NCBI GenBank assembly: GCA_009914755.4 | Contig: CP068257.2 | Coordinates: 12,832,001-12,896,000, forward strand | DNA length: 64,000 bases | DNA from: the human T2T-CHM13v2.0 reference genome, Homo sapiens | Direction of reading: 5' to 3' | Part shown: positions 1-12,400 of the stretch, one piece after another | Layout: every line of letters starts with the position of its first letter | How positions within the stretch are numbered: the first letter of the stretch is position 1 | Position numbers and translations under genes: made by a program | The notes under the pieces: generated by a model | Seen by the model: only the letters and a program-made list of their open reading frames with translations | Told to the model about the DNA's origin: nothing | The model's database searches: none

Positions 1-2120
1 ACTTGGTGCTATAAACCAACAGAAATTAATTCTCTCTTGGTTTTGGAGGTCAGTCAGAAATCGGTTATCAATGGACTAACATCAAGGTGTGTCTGCAGAG
101 CCACACTTTCTCTAGAGGTGCTAGGGGAGAATCCATTCCTTGCCTCTTCCAGCTTCTGGTGGCTTCCAGCTTTCCCTGCTTATGGTTACTTTACTCCAAT
201 GATCAAGGCCAGCATCTTCAAATCTCCTTTTGCTCTGTCTTCACATGGTCTTTTCTTTTCCATGGGTTAAATCTTCCTCTGCCTTTCTCTTATAAGGACA
301 TTTGTGGTGGCATTTAGGGACCCACTCACTCCTTACTTTAAAATCCTTAATTTAGTCACATCTGCAAAGACCATTTCCCCAAATAGGGTGACATTTACGA
401 GGTTCCATTGATTCCAATCTGCTGTCTTTGGGGGGCAATGATTCAGCCTCCTACACTTGCTCTGCCCACTATTTTCATTAATGACTAAGTAATGGGATTC
501 TAGATGATGTACCCTAGTGTACTTTTCTCCACACTCCCTGACACAGGAATAATGATACTGTGTAATACTTGAGTGTTGGAAAACTATCAACTAAATAACA
601 CTATCAAGAAAACACTGCCTAAAGAAGCAGGCTTTGGCAAGTAGGGCTCAGAGAGGGAGCTCATAACTGCATGATAATACTTCCCATAAATTATAGTAAT
701 GTTAATTGTCTCCCTCAAAGCAAGGCCATTAAGCCGCTTACTGCTTCTACCTTAATAATTTATTTTGATATTTCTTGTGGCCCTACCTTTTCAACGGTCT
801 TTTACTTTTTACCCAGAGGGGATGTAAACACCTCCCTGACAGTCCTTTGTTGTATATTTCATCTCTAAGTATAACAGGAGAGGGAAGCAAATGACCAAAT
901 AGGTCGTGATAAGCTCTGCAGCCAACCAAGACAAAAGGCTCTAGAAGACTACAGTAGGAAGAGCTTCATTCGGAAATACAAATCCTAACACATGGAAAAA
1001 AGTAAGTAGATCTACATGCCCTATCTAAACAACTGAACTGTCAGTGACTTTGTCACTAACCAGGAAGAGATTTTCTGTTTTATTTATTTCCACTGTGCTG
1101 AGGTAAGACCATCCTCAACATGAAAGAAGGCGTTTCATTCCTTCAACACATTTCTATGAATCTCCTACTATATGCCAGATATATTATGTACCAAGCACTG
1201 ATTAATTTAGCTGCTTTCTTTCACCCTCTCTGACTATAGTTTTTCATGTAATTTGCAGGGTCAAAACTTTGCAAAGTCCTATGCTTGGCCATTTAAATCT
1301 GAGCCAAGGTCACATAAGGACAATTTAGTTAGAGTGGGAGAGAAAGGAAAAAACAAGAAAGCTAAAAAGTTACATAAATGTCCTCTAGCAAGCAGGTTCC
1401 TTGTTCTGAGGGCTAATGTACTGTAGCAATTCATCAGTCATTCTAATAGTCTTTTAACTTCTGTCAGAAAGTCTACTGAATGCTAACATTTTAAATGTTT
1501 AATATTCTAAAACATATTTTCATTAATCATGCAAATTATCTGGACATCCGTATTTTACAACAACCTCTTTTGAGACTAAGAGGCCTAAGAGTTTGTGTAT
1601 GAGAGCCTGATGTTAGCAAGTGATACTGTAGATGAAGTATAACTTAGAATCAAAGAATTTTAGATGTGAAAAACTGCTAATGTAATTTCAGTATCTATGT
1701 GTTATCATATTTATACACACCCTCCAAAATGCTATTAATGTCAGATATTTCTAATTAGGTAGCAAGCAGCCTAAAATATGCACTTCCTTCATTCTGCTTT
1801 ATCATATGGTTGCTGGATGCATATTAATATTGTTGGGTGGTACATTTTCCCAATAGAATTGACCCTGTGTTTCATAGTAAAGTGGACACTGGATTTTGTT
1901 ATTAGTAAAGGAGAAAAGAAGTGTTAATTGCAGTTAGGTTGGCCTGAACTGCAGCATGAAAACCTCCATTTATATGCTGCCAGTCACTCCAATTCCAGAA
2001 TTTCTTAGCTTCTTGGAAAAAGGAGAAGTATATGTCTGGGCCCCATGAAACAGGTGGATTAAGAATTGAAAGGGTACAAGACATGAATTTTGATGGAGTT
2101 AGTGGAAATTCTTTACCCTT

Positions 2121-2177
2121 TTTTCTTTTCTTTCTCCTCTCCTCTCCTCTCCTCTTCTTTTCTTTTCTTTCTTTTCC
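2121..2177. repeat. Polypyrimidine (TC-rich) simple repeat.
   Basis: The stretch ttttcttttctttctcctctcctctcctctcctcttcttttcttttctttcttttcc. Confidence 0.8.
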
Positions 2178-2316
2178 TGAAGCAAACTGATTGCCAGCAA
2201 GGCTGGTGGCTGGTAGTGAAATAGAAAAAAATGACCTGAGACCATGTAAGTGTAGTTATACCGGAGCCATAGAGCTCACTGCTTTCAAGAACATGGCCTA
2301 AGTAATTTGAAGCCAT

Positions 2317-2571
2317 GGCCGGGCGCGGTGGCTCACGCCTGTAATCCCAGCACTTTGGGAGGCCGAGGCAGGGGGATCACAAGGTCAGGAGTTCAAGACC
2401 AGCCTGACCAACATGGTGAAACCATGTCTCTACTTAAAAAAAAATACAAAAATTGGCCAGGCTTGGTGGTGCACACCTGTAATCCCAGCTACTCAAGAGG
2501 CTGAGGCAGGAGAATCTCTTGAACCAGGGAGGCTGGGCAACAGAGTAAGACTCCGTCTCAAAAAAAAAAAG
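2317..2571 (+). mobile_element. Alu SINE with an internal deletion in the right arm and an A-tail.
   Basis: Begins ggccgggcgcggtggctcacgcctgtaatcccagcactttgggaggc and ends in poly-A. The flanking direct repeats are gaagccatg at 2308-2316 and gaagtcatg at 2572-2580. Confidence 0.9.
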
Positions 2572-3092
2572 AAGTCATGAGGTCATGAGCATTGGTGGAT
2601 CACTGTACTTGCCCAGCTACCAGCAGGAAACACAATCAAATTAGGAAATCCCAGGAAGGCTTATTTATAAAGGGACTAATTACAAAGGTGTGGGCAGAGT
2701 AGAGGGCAGGGGAACCAATAAGGGCTGCACTGGTAGTGGGAGCTAAGAGCTACAGAGCTGTTACTCAATCTAGACCCTAAGAGATCAGGAGGAAGAGCAA
2801 TTACTAGAATCTCAAGGAAGGAGAATCATGTAAAAGGTCACCTTGAAAGGACTAGCAACCTTTGATTAAGGGAAGCACCAGCACAAGGTGATCTCACAGG
2901 GAAAACAAATACCCTGACCTCACTCCTCAGGGAATGAGGGGACTTTCTGCTCACTGAGCCCAACAGGAACCTCAGGGCACAGAACTGGAATGTAGTAGCT
3001 TATACAGGTGAATATATCTGAGTGAATATCCAGGCTTCACAAGTGGAGAGTAGATTGGAGAGGAGAGTCAGAAACATCTCATTTTGGTATGA

Positions 3093-3320
<228 letters not shown>

Positions 3321-4569
3321 TAGCAGCATTGCTGTATCTTCAGTACACCAGCATGAACCACCTTAGCCCCTGAGTAATCAGATATTTTTTTAAAACATAC
3401 AAATGTGATCCAGACAGTTCATTATTCTCCCTATATCACTATTTCAGTGTAACAGTGTGCTTTTAAACGTCTGTAGTTTGTATTGCTAAAGGAACACTTA
3501 AGACCTCACTTTTTTACATTGTTTGCCTTCTAATTATATTTTTCTAGTAAAATATTTAACCATTACTTCCTGAATCACGGATTCTAAGGTGCAATAAAAA
3601 TCCAAAGGGAAATATATTTGTTTCCTACAGAGACAGTTTTTTTTTTTTCCCAGAGCATTTTCAATGACTGCTGCAGAAACGAATGAGTAAAGGTTTCCGA
3701 AATGAATAGTTGCAGAAAACCAACTTACTGTCATACAGAAGTCCATGCAGCCCCCGGGTAAAAGTACTTATGTATCTCCTTTTGTTGAGTTCTCTATTTT
3801 TTTTTATGAATATGCATATTGGGGGATAAACTTCCATCTGCTCTCTTTTAGCTGATTCTATCACATTTTTGAGCTTTGCATCATTATGGAGCTTCAGAGA
3901 AAGATGATCATTTACATTACATATGGATATAAAGGAGAGAAGGAGTTGATGAATTGCAAACAAGTATAATTTATATGGACAAAGTGTGCCAGAAGTGCTT
4001 TTCACCCCATTTTACTCGGCAACTGGAATGATTCCTGCCCATTCACTTGGCCTAGTGCCCAAGAACTCAGAAAGGAAATGATCCTGTTAGCCTTACACAT
4101 CAGGATTCTACTCCTGCCCTATGAGGAAATGCTGCTTTGCACTCAGGCCCATCAGGGACCCCAGAAGGTCAAAAGAAACCACTGAATATACTAATGTCAT
4201 TTTTTTACTTTCTTCCCTCATGGTTTCTTAACTTATAATTTATGTCACACAGACCTTCTGATACTCTAACTGTTGGTAATTCAAATGTGAGAAGTTTGCA
4301 TGACGAAGATAGGGAAGGAAGAGTTATGAAAAGGTCATATATGTTCCTGGTAGCTTCTCAGCCTCTTTCTGCACTTCGATTTCCCATGGCAGATTATTTG
4401 CCTAAATGCTCTTAAGCTTTATAAATAGGTAAATATCTACATTTAGGCGGCCTTCCTGAGGGCTTCTCTGTTGCCTATAGCACAATGAGTTGTGACTCCA
4501 TAATTTATCAGAGACCAGGGTCCAAGGTGCACTAATAGCAGTAATAACCCCAAAACTTTTATTTTTTCA

Positions 4570-5082
<513 letters not shown>

Positions 5083-7483
5083 TCATTGCTTCTGACAAAC
5101 ACAGTTGTCATAGCTCTGAGACAATTTGTGTCTTAAGAATTTCAAATGCCTGCAAGTCCATGCCTGCATTGTGGCAGCATGTGCACTGCTTCCACTGAAT
5201 GTCCAGACATCAATGAATAAAAATGAAGTAGTGGATATAATAGCAGTAGTTGTTTTTATGCACATACTACATGCGTCGTGCTGTGTGCTTTACACACATT
5301 ATCTCATTTAATTGACAACATTTTGTAGATTAAAAAAAAAAGACTAAGCTTAGAGGATAAATGACCTGCCCAGTCACACAATTCTCAAACCAGATGCTTC
5401 AACTCCATGATCTCCTCCAGTCTCTATGTTTAGGTGAACATTGGGTGTGATCAGAGAAATTCGGCAGTTAAATAGGAGGTAACATAAAAAGAGGGTTGCT
5501 TTTATCTCATTTCCATAGCCAAAAAACCTGGTCAAGTTTAGAAGCTGCTGTTCTTTTACCTACATTTAGTCCCTATTCGTTTTGCTCTCAACCTTTACGT
5601 GATTGTAGCGTGACTTCCCACTTTATGAAAGAGTACTTGAAGTCTGTATGCAAATTATTCAAGTTTTTTGATGGTTGTGGGGAGGATGGAAGTGCGTGCG
5701 TGTGTGAGGTGATGGAGTATCTAAAATTTCTTCCTATTATTTTTCTCAGAACTTCTGCTTGTAACGGAAGTTTCTCAACATGAAATGTCATCAATTTGGC
5801 CTCATTCAGGAAGTTGCAGGGCACTTGACTGTAACCTCAGTAAATTGTACGTTTTCTGAAATCCTGATAATCTTTAGCTGCCTATCATTTTGAAATTTTA
5901 AAAGTTATTTTATTTCTGAACTAACTCCCTTGGCAATTTAATTGATTAAAAGAGAAAAGATTATAATGAAATACTTCAGAATGTAGATATATTCATCTGT
6001 ACATTACAAGGGGAACTCAGAATTTAAATGATCTGATTTTTGTATTCATCAAAAAATTACTATGAGGATTTTATTTATTTATCTGGAATAAAATTCCTCT
6101 AACCATGCATATTGTCACAACATACTTGAATTTACAAAGATACGGAATCTCTGGGATCAGAATAACGGTATATTCTGATCTGTGTATATATGAAAGACTC
6201 AGTGGGTTCCAATGAGAGAAGCTATGCTATGATTCTCATGCGGTTATATAGTTAAAAAGACCTTTGTTGGCATAGTCTTGGACAGCATACATGTTCCAAC
6301 TTTAAATATTGCTGAGTGAATAAATAAACATATGAGACTGGGAAATGTCGTCAGGGTTCAACCTAGAAACACAAAGCCAGTATCATGATCTTGTAATTAT
6401 TATAATGTTAATCCTTTAGCCATCTTAAAAGGCTTGGACTCATGTCTCTCACTCAGCCAAAAGCAGCAGAAGGTCCAAGTTCCTCAGCTACCTCCCAACC
6501 TTGGATGAGCCGTTTCTTATCTTTCCGCTGCTCTTTATTCAGCTTTCCATGGCCAAGAGAAAAACCTGTCTTCCTTCTGTTGATGTTCCCTGCCCCACGT
6601 TGAGGGAGCTGAGGCGAGAGCTGCAGAGGATCCGTAAGGAGCTGTGGGTAAGGTGAGGACAGCAGCCCTCCCTTAATGTGGAGTATACGTCCGCTATTCT
6701 TGTGTCCTTTTTAGTGCGGAACTCCGTGATGAGGCCTTCCTCCTGACCACTTGAGCCTCATGGTGTCTCCTCTTTTTAGGAATCCAATCTCTCTTCCTGT
6801 GCTTCAATCTCCTCAAGGGCTCTGCAGCACTTCCCCTCAAAAGCATTTCCCTAAATCCTTGACTGGGTACCAGACCTTCATTTTTAAGTGATTGAAGTTG
6901 TGGCTGAGTATGCGTCATGGGCGATTGCCACCGTTTTAAAGTCAAGTAGTTTGTTAGTTGCTCCCCAACTTACAATTTCCTGGCATCTCCATAAAGAAGC
7001 TATCCTGTCTTGATCTCCCTGAGGCAGCAGGTGATTAAAGTTTTAAAATCATGGTTAGTGACTGCTGTGTTTAAGGAGGCCCCAGAATAATCGATTTGGA
7101 GTGGTAGCTGTAGCAAGAGTGGGGTCATGATGGAGGCAGCACCTTGGAAAACTGAAATGAAACACCATTTCATGCTGTGAAGGGGGAAGAATAGAGGTAG
7201 ACATGTGCTTTAGCCTCACCTGGGCACTGCATATGCGGTTAAATCTCAGGGGTCTGGAAAAATATGCCGGACGTTAGCAGTGTAATGTTGTCCTCCAGCA
7301 TTTGAAATAACACTTTGTGTTTCCTGTTTTTTCCTAAGGTATTACGTTTTATTGGTTAAAAAAAAAATAGGTCACTTTGGAAGGTACTTACCTACAGTAC
7401 CTATATAAATTGAATGGATCAATTTAAATAGGAAGATGGAATCTGTTATATAGGAATAATCATCATATTCAATGCCCTCTAGC

Positions 7484-8100
7484 AAATATTTCCTAAGTGC
7501 CCACTGTGTGCCAGGTATTATGTTAGGCACCAGAGATTAAAAAGGCTAAACAAAATAATCTCTGTCACAAGGAGGTCACAGTCTTACGGAAGGGCAATTG
7601 TCATACAAATATATAAAGCATAATATGACAAGTGCTATGAACCACAATTTACAAGTTGCTATGGAAACACAAAGAAGAGAGCACCAAAGGGAATCATGGA
7701 AGGCTTCACAGAGTAAGTGACCTTTAGGATGGAGGAAAGAGGGAGACTTCCTAATGTGGAAAATAGCAGGAGACACTCCAGGAAAATAAATAGCATATGG
7801 AAAGTCACAAAGGGAAGAAAATTGCAAGTATATTGTTATGGCTGGAGTGTAGATTGAGAGGTGTGTGTGTATGGTGGTGGTGGTGAGGGGGTAGTTACAA
7901 TTCATAAGGTAGGTAAAAAGCAATTGGGGAAGACCTTATGCAGCCTGGAAGGAAGTTTGGATATTATACTAAAGACAATGAGAAGCCCTCCAAAACTTTC
8001 AAGCAGAAAAGTACCTGATTTGATTCATGGATTAGAAAGATTTATCTGGAGGCTGTGTGGAGGATGGATGAGAAGGTAGGGGGTCAGTTGGAAAGCTACT
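7484..8100 (-). repeat. Ancient interspersed repeat, MIR-like or other old SINE/LINE relic. The family cannot be determined by eye.
   Basis: The stretch atatttcctaagtgcccactgtgtgccaggtattatgttaggcaccagag resembles the reverse complement of a MIR tail. Downstream, ggcttcacagag...gtgacctttagg and ggctggagtgtag resemble a widespread old mammalian repeat. Confidence 0.3.
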
Positions 8101-8583
8101 GCCATTTTCCGTGCATGAGATCATGAGGATCCAAAGCAAGACAACAACCATGGAAATGGATAGAAGGCCATGAATATGAAAGCATTTGTAGAGGTAGGAT
8201 CCATAGGGCTTGATTACTTATTGAATTTGTATGAGGAGGATATATGTGAGATGAAGCAAGAAGTGATTTTCTGCTTTGATGACTGGCTGGGTGATAGTAG
8301 CAGTAAAGAGGAGTTGGCAATAAAAAAGCAGAAACAAATTTGTAGAGAAAATCGATGGTTTGGTTATGTTGAATTGAAGTTTCCTGAGGGTATCAAGTGA
8401 GTCAGATAAACATCACTGGGGTTCAGGGGACAGATGAGTTTGAGGAGGTTGAGATTATTGCTATGGGATGCACTTATATTACAAAAAGTGAGGGGTGTCT
8501 GGGAGGAGATATTTTCTCTAAAGTCCAATATTAAAACCCTTAAGTAACATTACTCTGGAAAATGCAATATGCAAATAGTTCTT

Positions 8584-8589
8584 TTTATT
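8584..8589 (-). promoter_or_regulatory. Candidate distal poly(A) signal, AATAAA on the minus strand.
   Basis: Plus-strand tttatt at 8584-8589. It would give a 3' UTR of about 0.7 kb. Confidence 0.3.
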
Positions 8590-9062
8590 ATTAACATTAG
8601 GGTATGTCAAATTTTAAAATATTTACACTTAAAGACAAAACATTTCCACAATTATTACAATTGGTTTCACTAAATCAGAAGTGACTACACATTATCTCTA
8701 CTTTTATACCAGAAAACAAAATGAAGAAATCAACAAAATATAATTACTAAAACTCCACTGTGGATCAGGATAAAATGTGTCCAATATTAACTCACACTTT
8801 CCCAATAAGTATAAAAATGAATATAACATTGCTTGGACAACTTGTTTCAACAGCGAATCCTCTATTACTATTTGTTCAATAACATATATAAATTCAAAAC
8901 TGGCAGGTATGAAAAAAGGTTACTTTGTTTTTTGCAGATACTGTACTTGTAAAATAAAGCCAAATAAAGCATATGTCACACATACCAAAGTCTTACATTT
9001 TGCCTTTCTAATACAAGCAAGTGAAATATTAACACATAGCATTTAAAATAATAAATATATAT

Positions 9063-9068
9063 TTTATT
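9063..9068 (-). promoter_or_regulatory. Candidate poly(A) signal, AATAAA on the minus strand.
   Basis: Plus-strand tttatt at 9063-9068. Confidence 0.3.
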
Positions 9069-9142
9069 GACAGTAATTTGGAATGTTAGAGATACAAAAT
9101 TTTATGTACAATTATTCAGATTAAAACATTTAAACTTTAGGT

Positions 9143-9148
9143 TTTATT
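9143..9148 (-). promoter_or_regulatory. Candidate proximal poly(A) signal, AATAAA on the minus strand.
   Basis: Plus-strand tttatt at 9143-9148. About 100 nt beyond the stop codon. Confidence 0.3.
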
Positions 9149-9246
9149 TACAAATATTTATCTTATCTTCCTCTCCTATTTGACGTTTTAGCTCAAGAAG
9201 AGTTAAAATGGAATGCATCTGTAGATATATAGTTGGGAATGCGTGT

Positions 9247-9449
9247 TCAGTCACTTGGCTCTGTGATAATAATCTTATGTACCATGTCAGACAGATTTTC
9301 AGACTCCAGATCCTCTTTGCCATTATCTGAATTTCCTGATGAGATATAGCAACCAGAGTCCCTTGGGCAGTCATCTAACTGTGACTTATTTAAGGAGATG
9401 TCTGAGCTCAAGGATAGGGGCTCAGGTTCATTTTCTTGCTCTTGAATAA
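9247..9449 (-). CDS. SAMSN1: Coding part of the terminal exon (presumed exon 8). Encodes (I)IQEQENEPEPLSLSSDISLNKSQLDDCPRDSGCYISSGNSDNGKEDLESENLSDMVHKIIITEPSD*, an acidic Ser-rich C-terminal tail. The stop codon TGA is at 9249-9247.
   Basis: Acceptor ccatttacag|TTATTCAAG. The first two bases complete the split codon from exon 7 (A+TT gives Ile). There are 66 further codons and then TGA. The total over exons 2-8 plus a 19-aa exon 1 is 373 aa. Confidence 0.85.
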
Positions 9450-12400
9450 CTGTAAATGGAAAAAAAGGGCAGGAGTTAGGTAAAGCAACACAAAATCTTA
9501 TTCATGTACTCATTCACTTTCAAGTATTATCCTATTTTAACTGTTCTAACCATGACTTCATTACAATGGAAAGTTCTGCAAGTAAAAGGTATCTTTGTTT
9601 ATTACAAAAGAGATATTTGCACCCAAATATTCAAGCTACTGTTTTATTAGAAGCCAAAATTTGCCCTTCATTGTTCATTTGCAGTTTCATGGAATTCATG
9701 TGAACTTCCCGCATCAGCAAAGATCAATATGGACTCTCATTTTACATTAATAATAAGTTGCCAGAGAAAGCAGATTGTATCCACAGTGTGACTGATGCCT
9801 TGTCCAAATACTCCTTAAAGTATCATTAGAAAAAGGCATTTATAGTTTAAATGCACAATCCAAGTCAATAGTGATCTTTGTGAACAATTTTAGATTCATG
9901 ATAATCTAGATTAATTAATAAATTATCACTATAAGTAAGAATGTACAGTAGGACTTCAATTATTTGGAAGTTAACTAATAAAACTTTAAATATCCAGAAT
10001 TTTCCTATGTTTGCATGTATCACAAAATAGGCATAAGAAACCAGGTTGCTTTTAGAAAGTAAAACACCAAAATTTCCACTGAATCTACTTTATGAATATT
10101 TACTCTTCCATATCTTTGTCTGTAGTCCTGAAGAATAATCATTTATTTTCAGATTGATAATTCTGCATTCTTAAAGCAGTGTTCTATATTCAACAGGCAT
10201 TATCTTTTAGAAAAAGATTACTATTAGGGATATAACAAAATATATTTTGGAAGAACCCCTAAGCAGCCTGAAGTTCACATATTACTCTTCTCGATTCCTT
10301 TAGCGTCAACTTTCTCTCTGTCCATGTGGTTTCTTGATGGGTGTTTCTGCATCCTGAGCTGAGCTCCTCAGAGAAGAAATAGATCTCAGGTACTGCCTCT
10401 TAGCTGCAGTACCATATCTTCCTCTTTCCCCTTCTAACCTTGGGGCTTCACCACTGTAGGCATTTGAATAGCTCCACGTTGAAAGAGCCAAACACACATT
10501 TAAGGTTGGGACAAGAACTCTGCCTACAGAGGCTTTGCACTTCATCCCATTCCAGTGAGAATAAAGTAAATCCAAACCTCAGAATCCTTCAAAGAAGGAA
10601 AATGTATAATTTTCTTCAATAGGCTATTATAATGCTAATTAATTTATATCTAGGAAATCTACTCTTTATCTTATTTATTTTTTATATATATATATCTATC
10701 TTCTTTAAAATGCATTTTCTAGTTTCCATATGTTTTGCTAACATTAGTTTATGATCCACTGTGTGTCCAATTGCCATCAACTTCCATTATAAATGAGAAT
10801 TGTGCTGTAAGTTACCCTTGTGTTAATGAATTAACTTCTCTTTAATGTTTATAGAATGGTACTAGTTAAGCATCATCCATGGGAGAAATTGAAAAGTGTT
10901 ACTTAAAATATCTCCTAAATTCTGTAGTTTAGAAGAAAAATACTGGTTGAGAAAGGCTGGAAGAAAATGATAAAAATTGCTTCTTAGTCTGCTCATCTTC
11001 AGAATGAGTCATAACAGTTCTTTTAACCTTTTCCTTAAGGCTTGTATTTGCAACAGTGAAACCATATTTATGCCATTCTTCTGAATCTTCACATTTGCCC
11101 CACAATTTTAACTATAGATTCAAATATCAGGTATTTGCCTAGTGATATTATAACTAGTTCTAGATATAAGATGACAATTTTAATAGGCACCTATTGTGAT
11201 TGTTATTTTTAAATTTTAGCTACCATGGAAGCATTTTGTGTGCATTATTCATGACAATCTTTAAGTTTGGGAGGGTTTACTTATTATTCACTAGTCTTTC
11301 TGAGTATCAGTCATTCACTCTTCTTTCTAAGCCCTTTTTTTTAATGAAAAGGCAGCACTAAAATGGGACCTCATTCTCTGAAGAATTGCTTTCTATCCTG
11401 CCTTGGCTTTTCTATCTTATTGCCACTGAAATGAAATGAGCCAGCTCTGTGTTCCATTATCCAAGTGTTTCTAGAAAAGGCCAGAGGAATTAGTGCTTTT
11501 GTATGCATTCTGCCACATCAGCAATGATCATCCTATTTGGAGTGTGAACCTCTTAGTCATAATGATTGTGGGGATAAGGCCACATTTCCCCAGATTATGT
11601 TTGGGCCAATATTACCTCAATGCAAAATTAAAAGAACTGATCTACTTCCCTTCACATTGATATCCTAAACAAGACTTGGCATAATAAAAACTGTTTGTTC
11701 CCAACACTCTGTTCTATTTAGGTTGATTACCAATTGTGGGGCTCTCTTCAGGATATGAAGCAGAGTCTTTAAGAACTGTAATTTCCAAAATTAGTTCTTT
11801 TCCTTTAAAAAAATAAATATTTAGCTTGTTATTTCACTCTCAGAAGCCTCTGTGCATTCACCTCAATGGGGAATAAAGTAAATAAATTAAAAACTGTCTT
11901 TACTAGAGAATATGTCATTGTGTAATATTAGTAACAAAAATGTATTTGTTTTTATTTCCACATGAGAAATGCTATATCATGTTCTCTAAATTCTAGGAAT
12001 GGTTTTGTTTTAAACACAGGTCATTTATTGTAGAAACCTTTCATCTGCAATTTTTATGGAAAAAGAAAATAGTTTCTGAGTATGAAAGTTATGCAGCACG
12101 GTAATTTACAGAACAGCAGTAATTTGCTAAATGATTTCCTCGTGAAATGAAAACACGACTGTGCTCCTCAAATGCTTCCTACCAGGCTTGCAATAATTTC
12201 AGGCAGGTGATCAGCTGGAACTCTCAACTGTAACTATAAAAAGGCAGGTCATTATGTTATATTACGGAGATGAAAGCTATATCGCATTCACTTTTGTATT
12301 TGGAGGATCAAGATTTTCCTCTTCTTGTTTCTTTTCATCCTGACACTAATGACAGGGATTGGCACAAACCTAGGTCTTGTGTTATGGGTGTTTCTTTCCT

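Larger units (their letters stand above)
8560..9246 (-). other. SAMSN1: 3' UTR of the minus-strand gene. The length is uncertain. It is AT-rich and carries several AATAAA hexamers on the minus strand.
   Basis: It is contiguous with the stop codon. Minus-strand AATAAA lies at 9148-9143, 9068-9063 and 8589-8584. The true end requires transcript data. Confidence 0.4.

Noticed and set aside
6694-6945. An 83-aa minus-strand ORF, basic and Arg/Lys-rich, inside the CpG-retaining block.
   Set aside because: The composition is low-complexity and it has no flanking splice sites. The block itself is reported as a finding, but this ORF is not credible as a gene.
8096-8400. Overlapping 74-aa (-) and 76-aa (+) ORFs.
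   Set aside because: They sit inside an old interspersed-repeat relic. They have no splice signals and no domain-like sequence.
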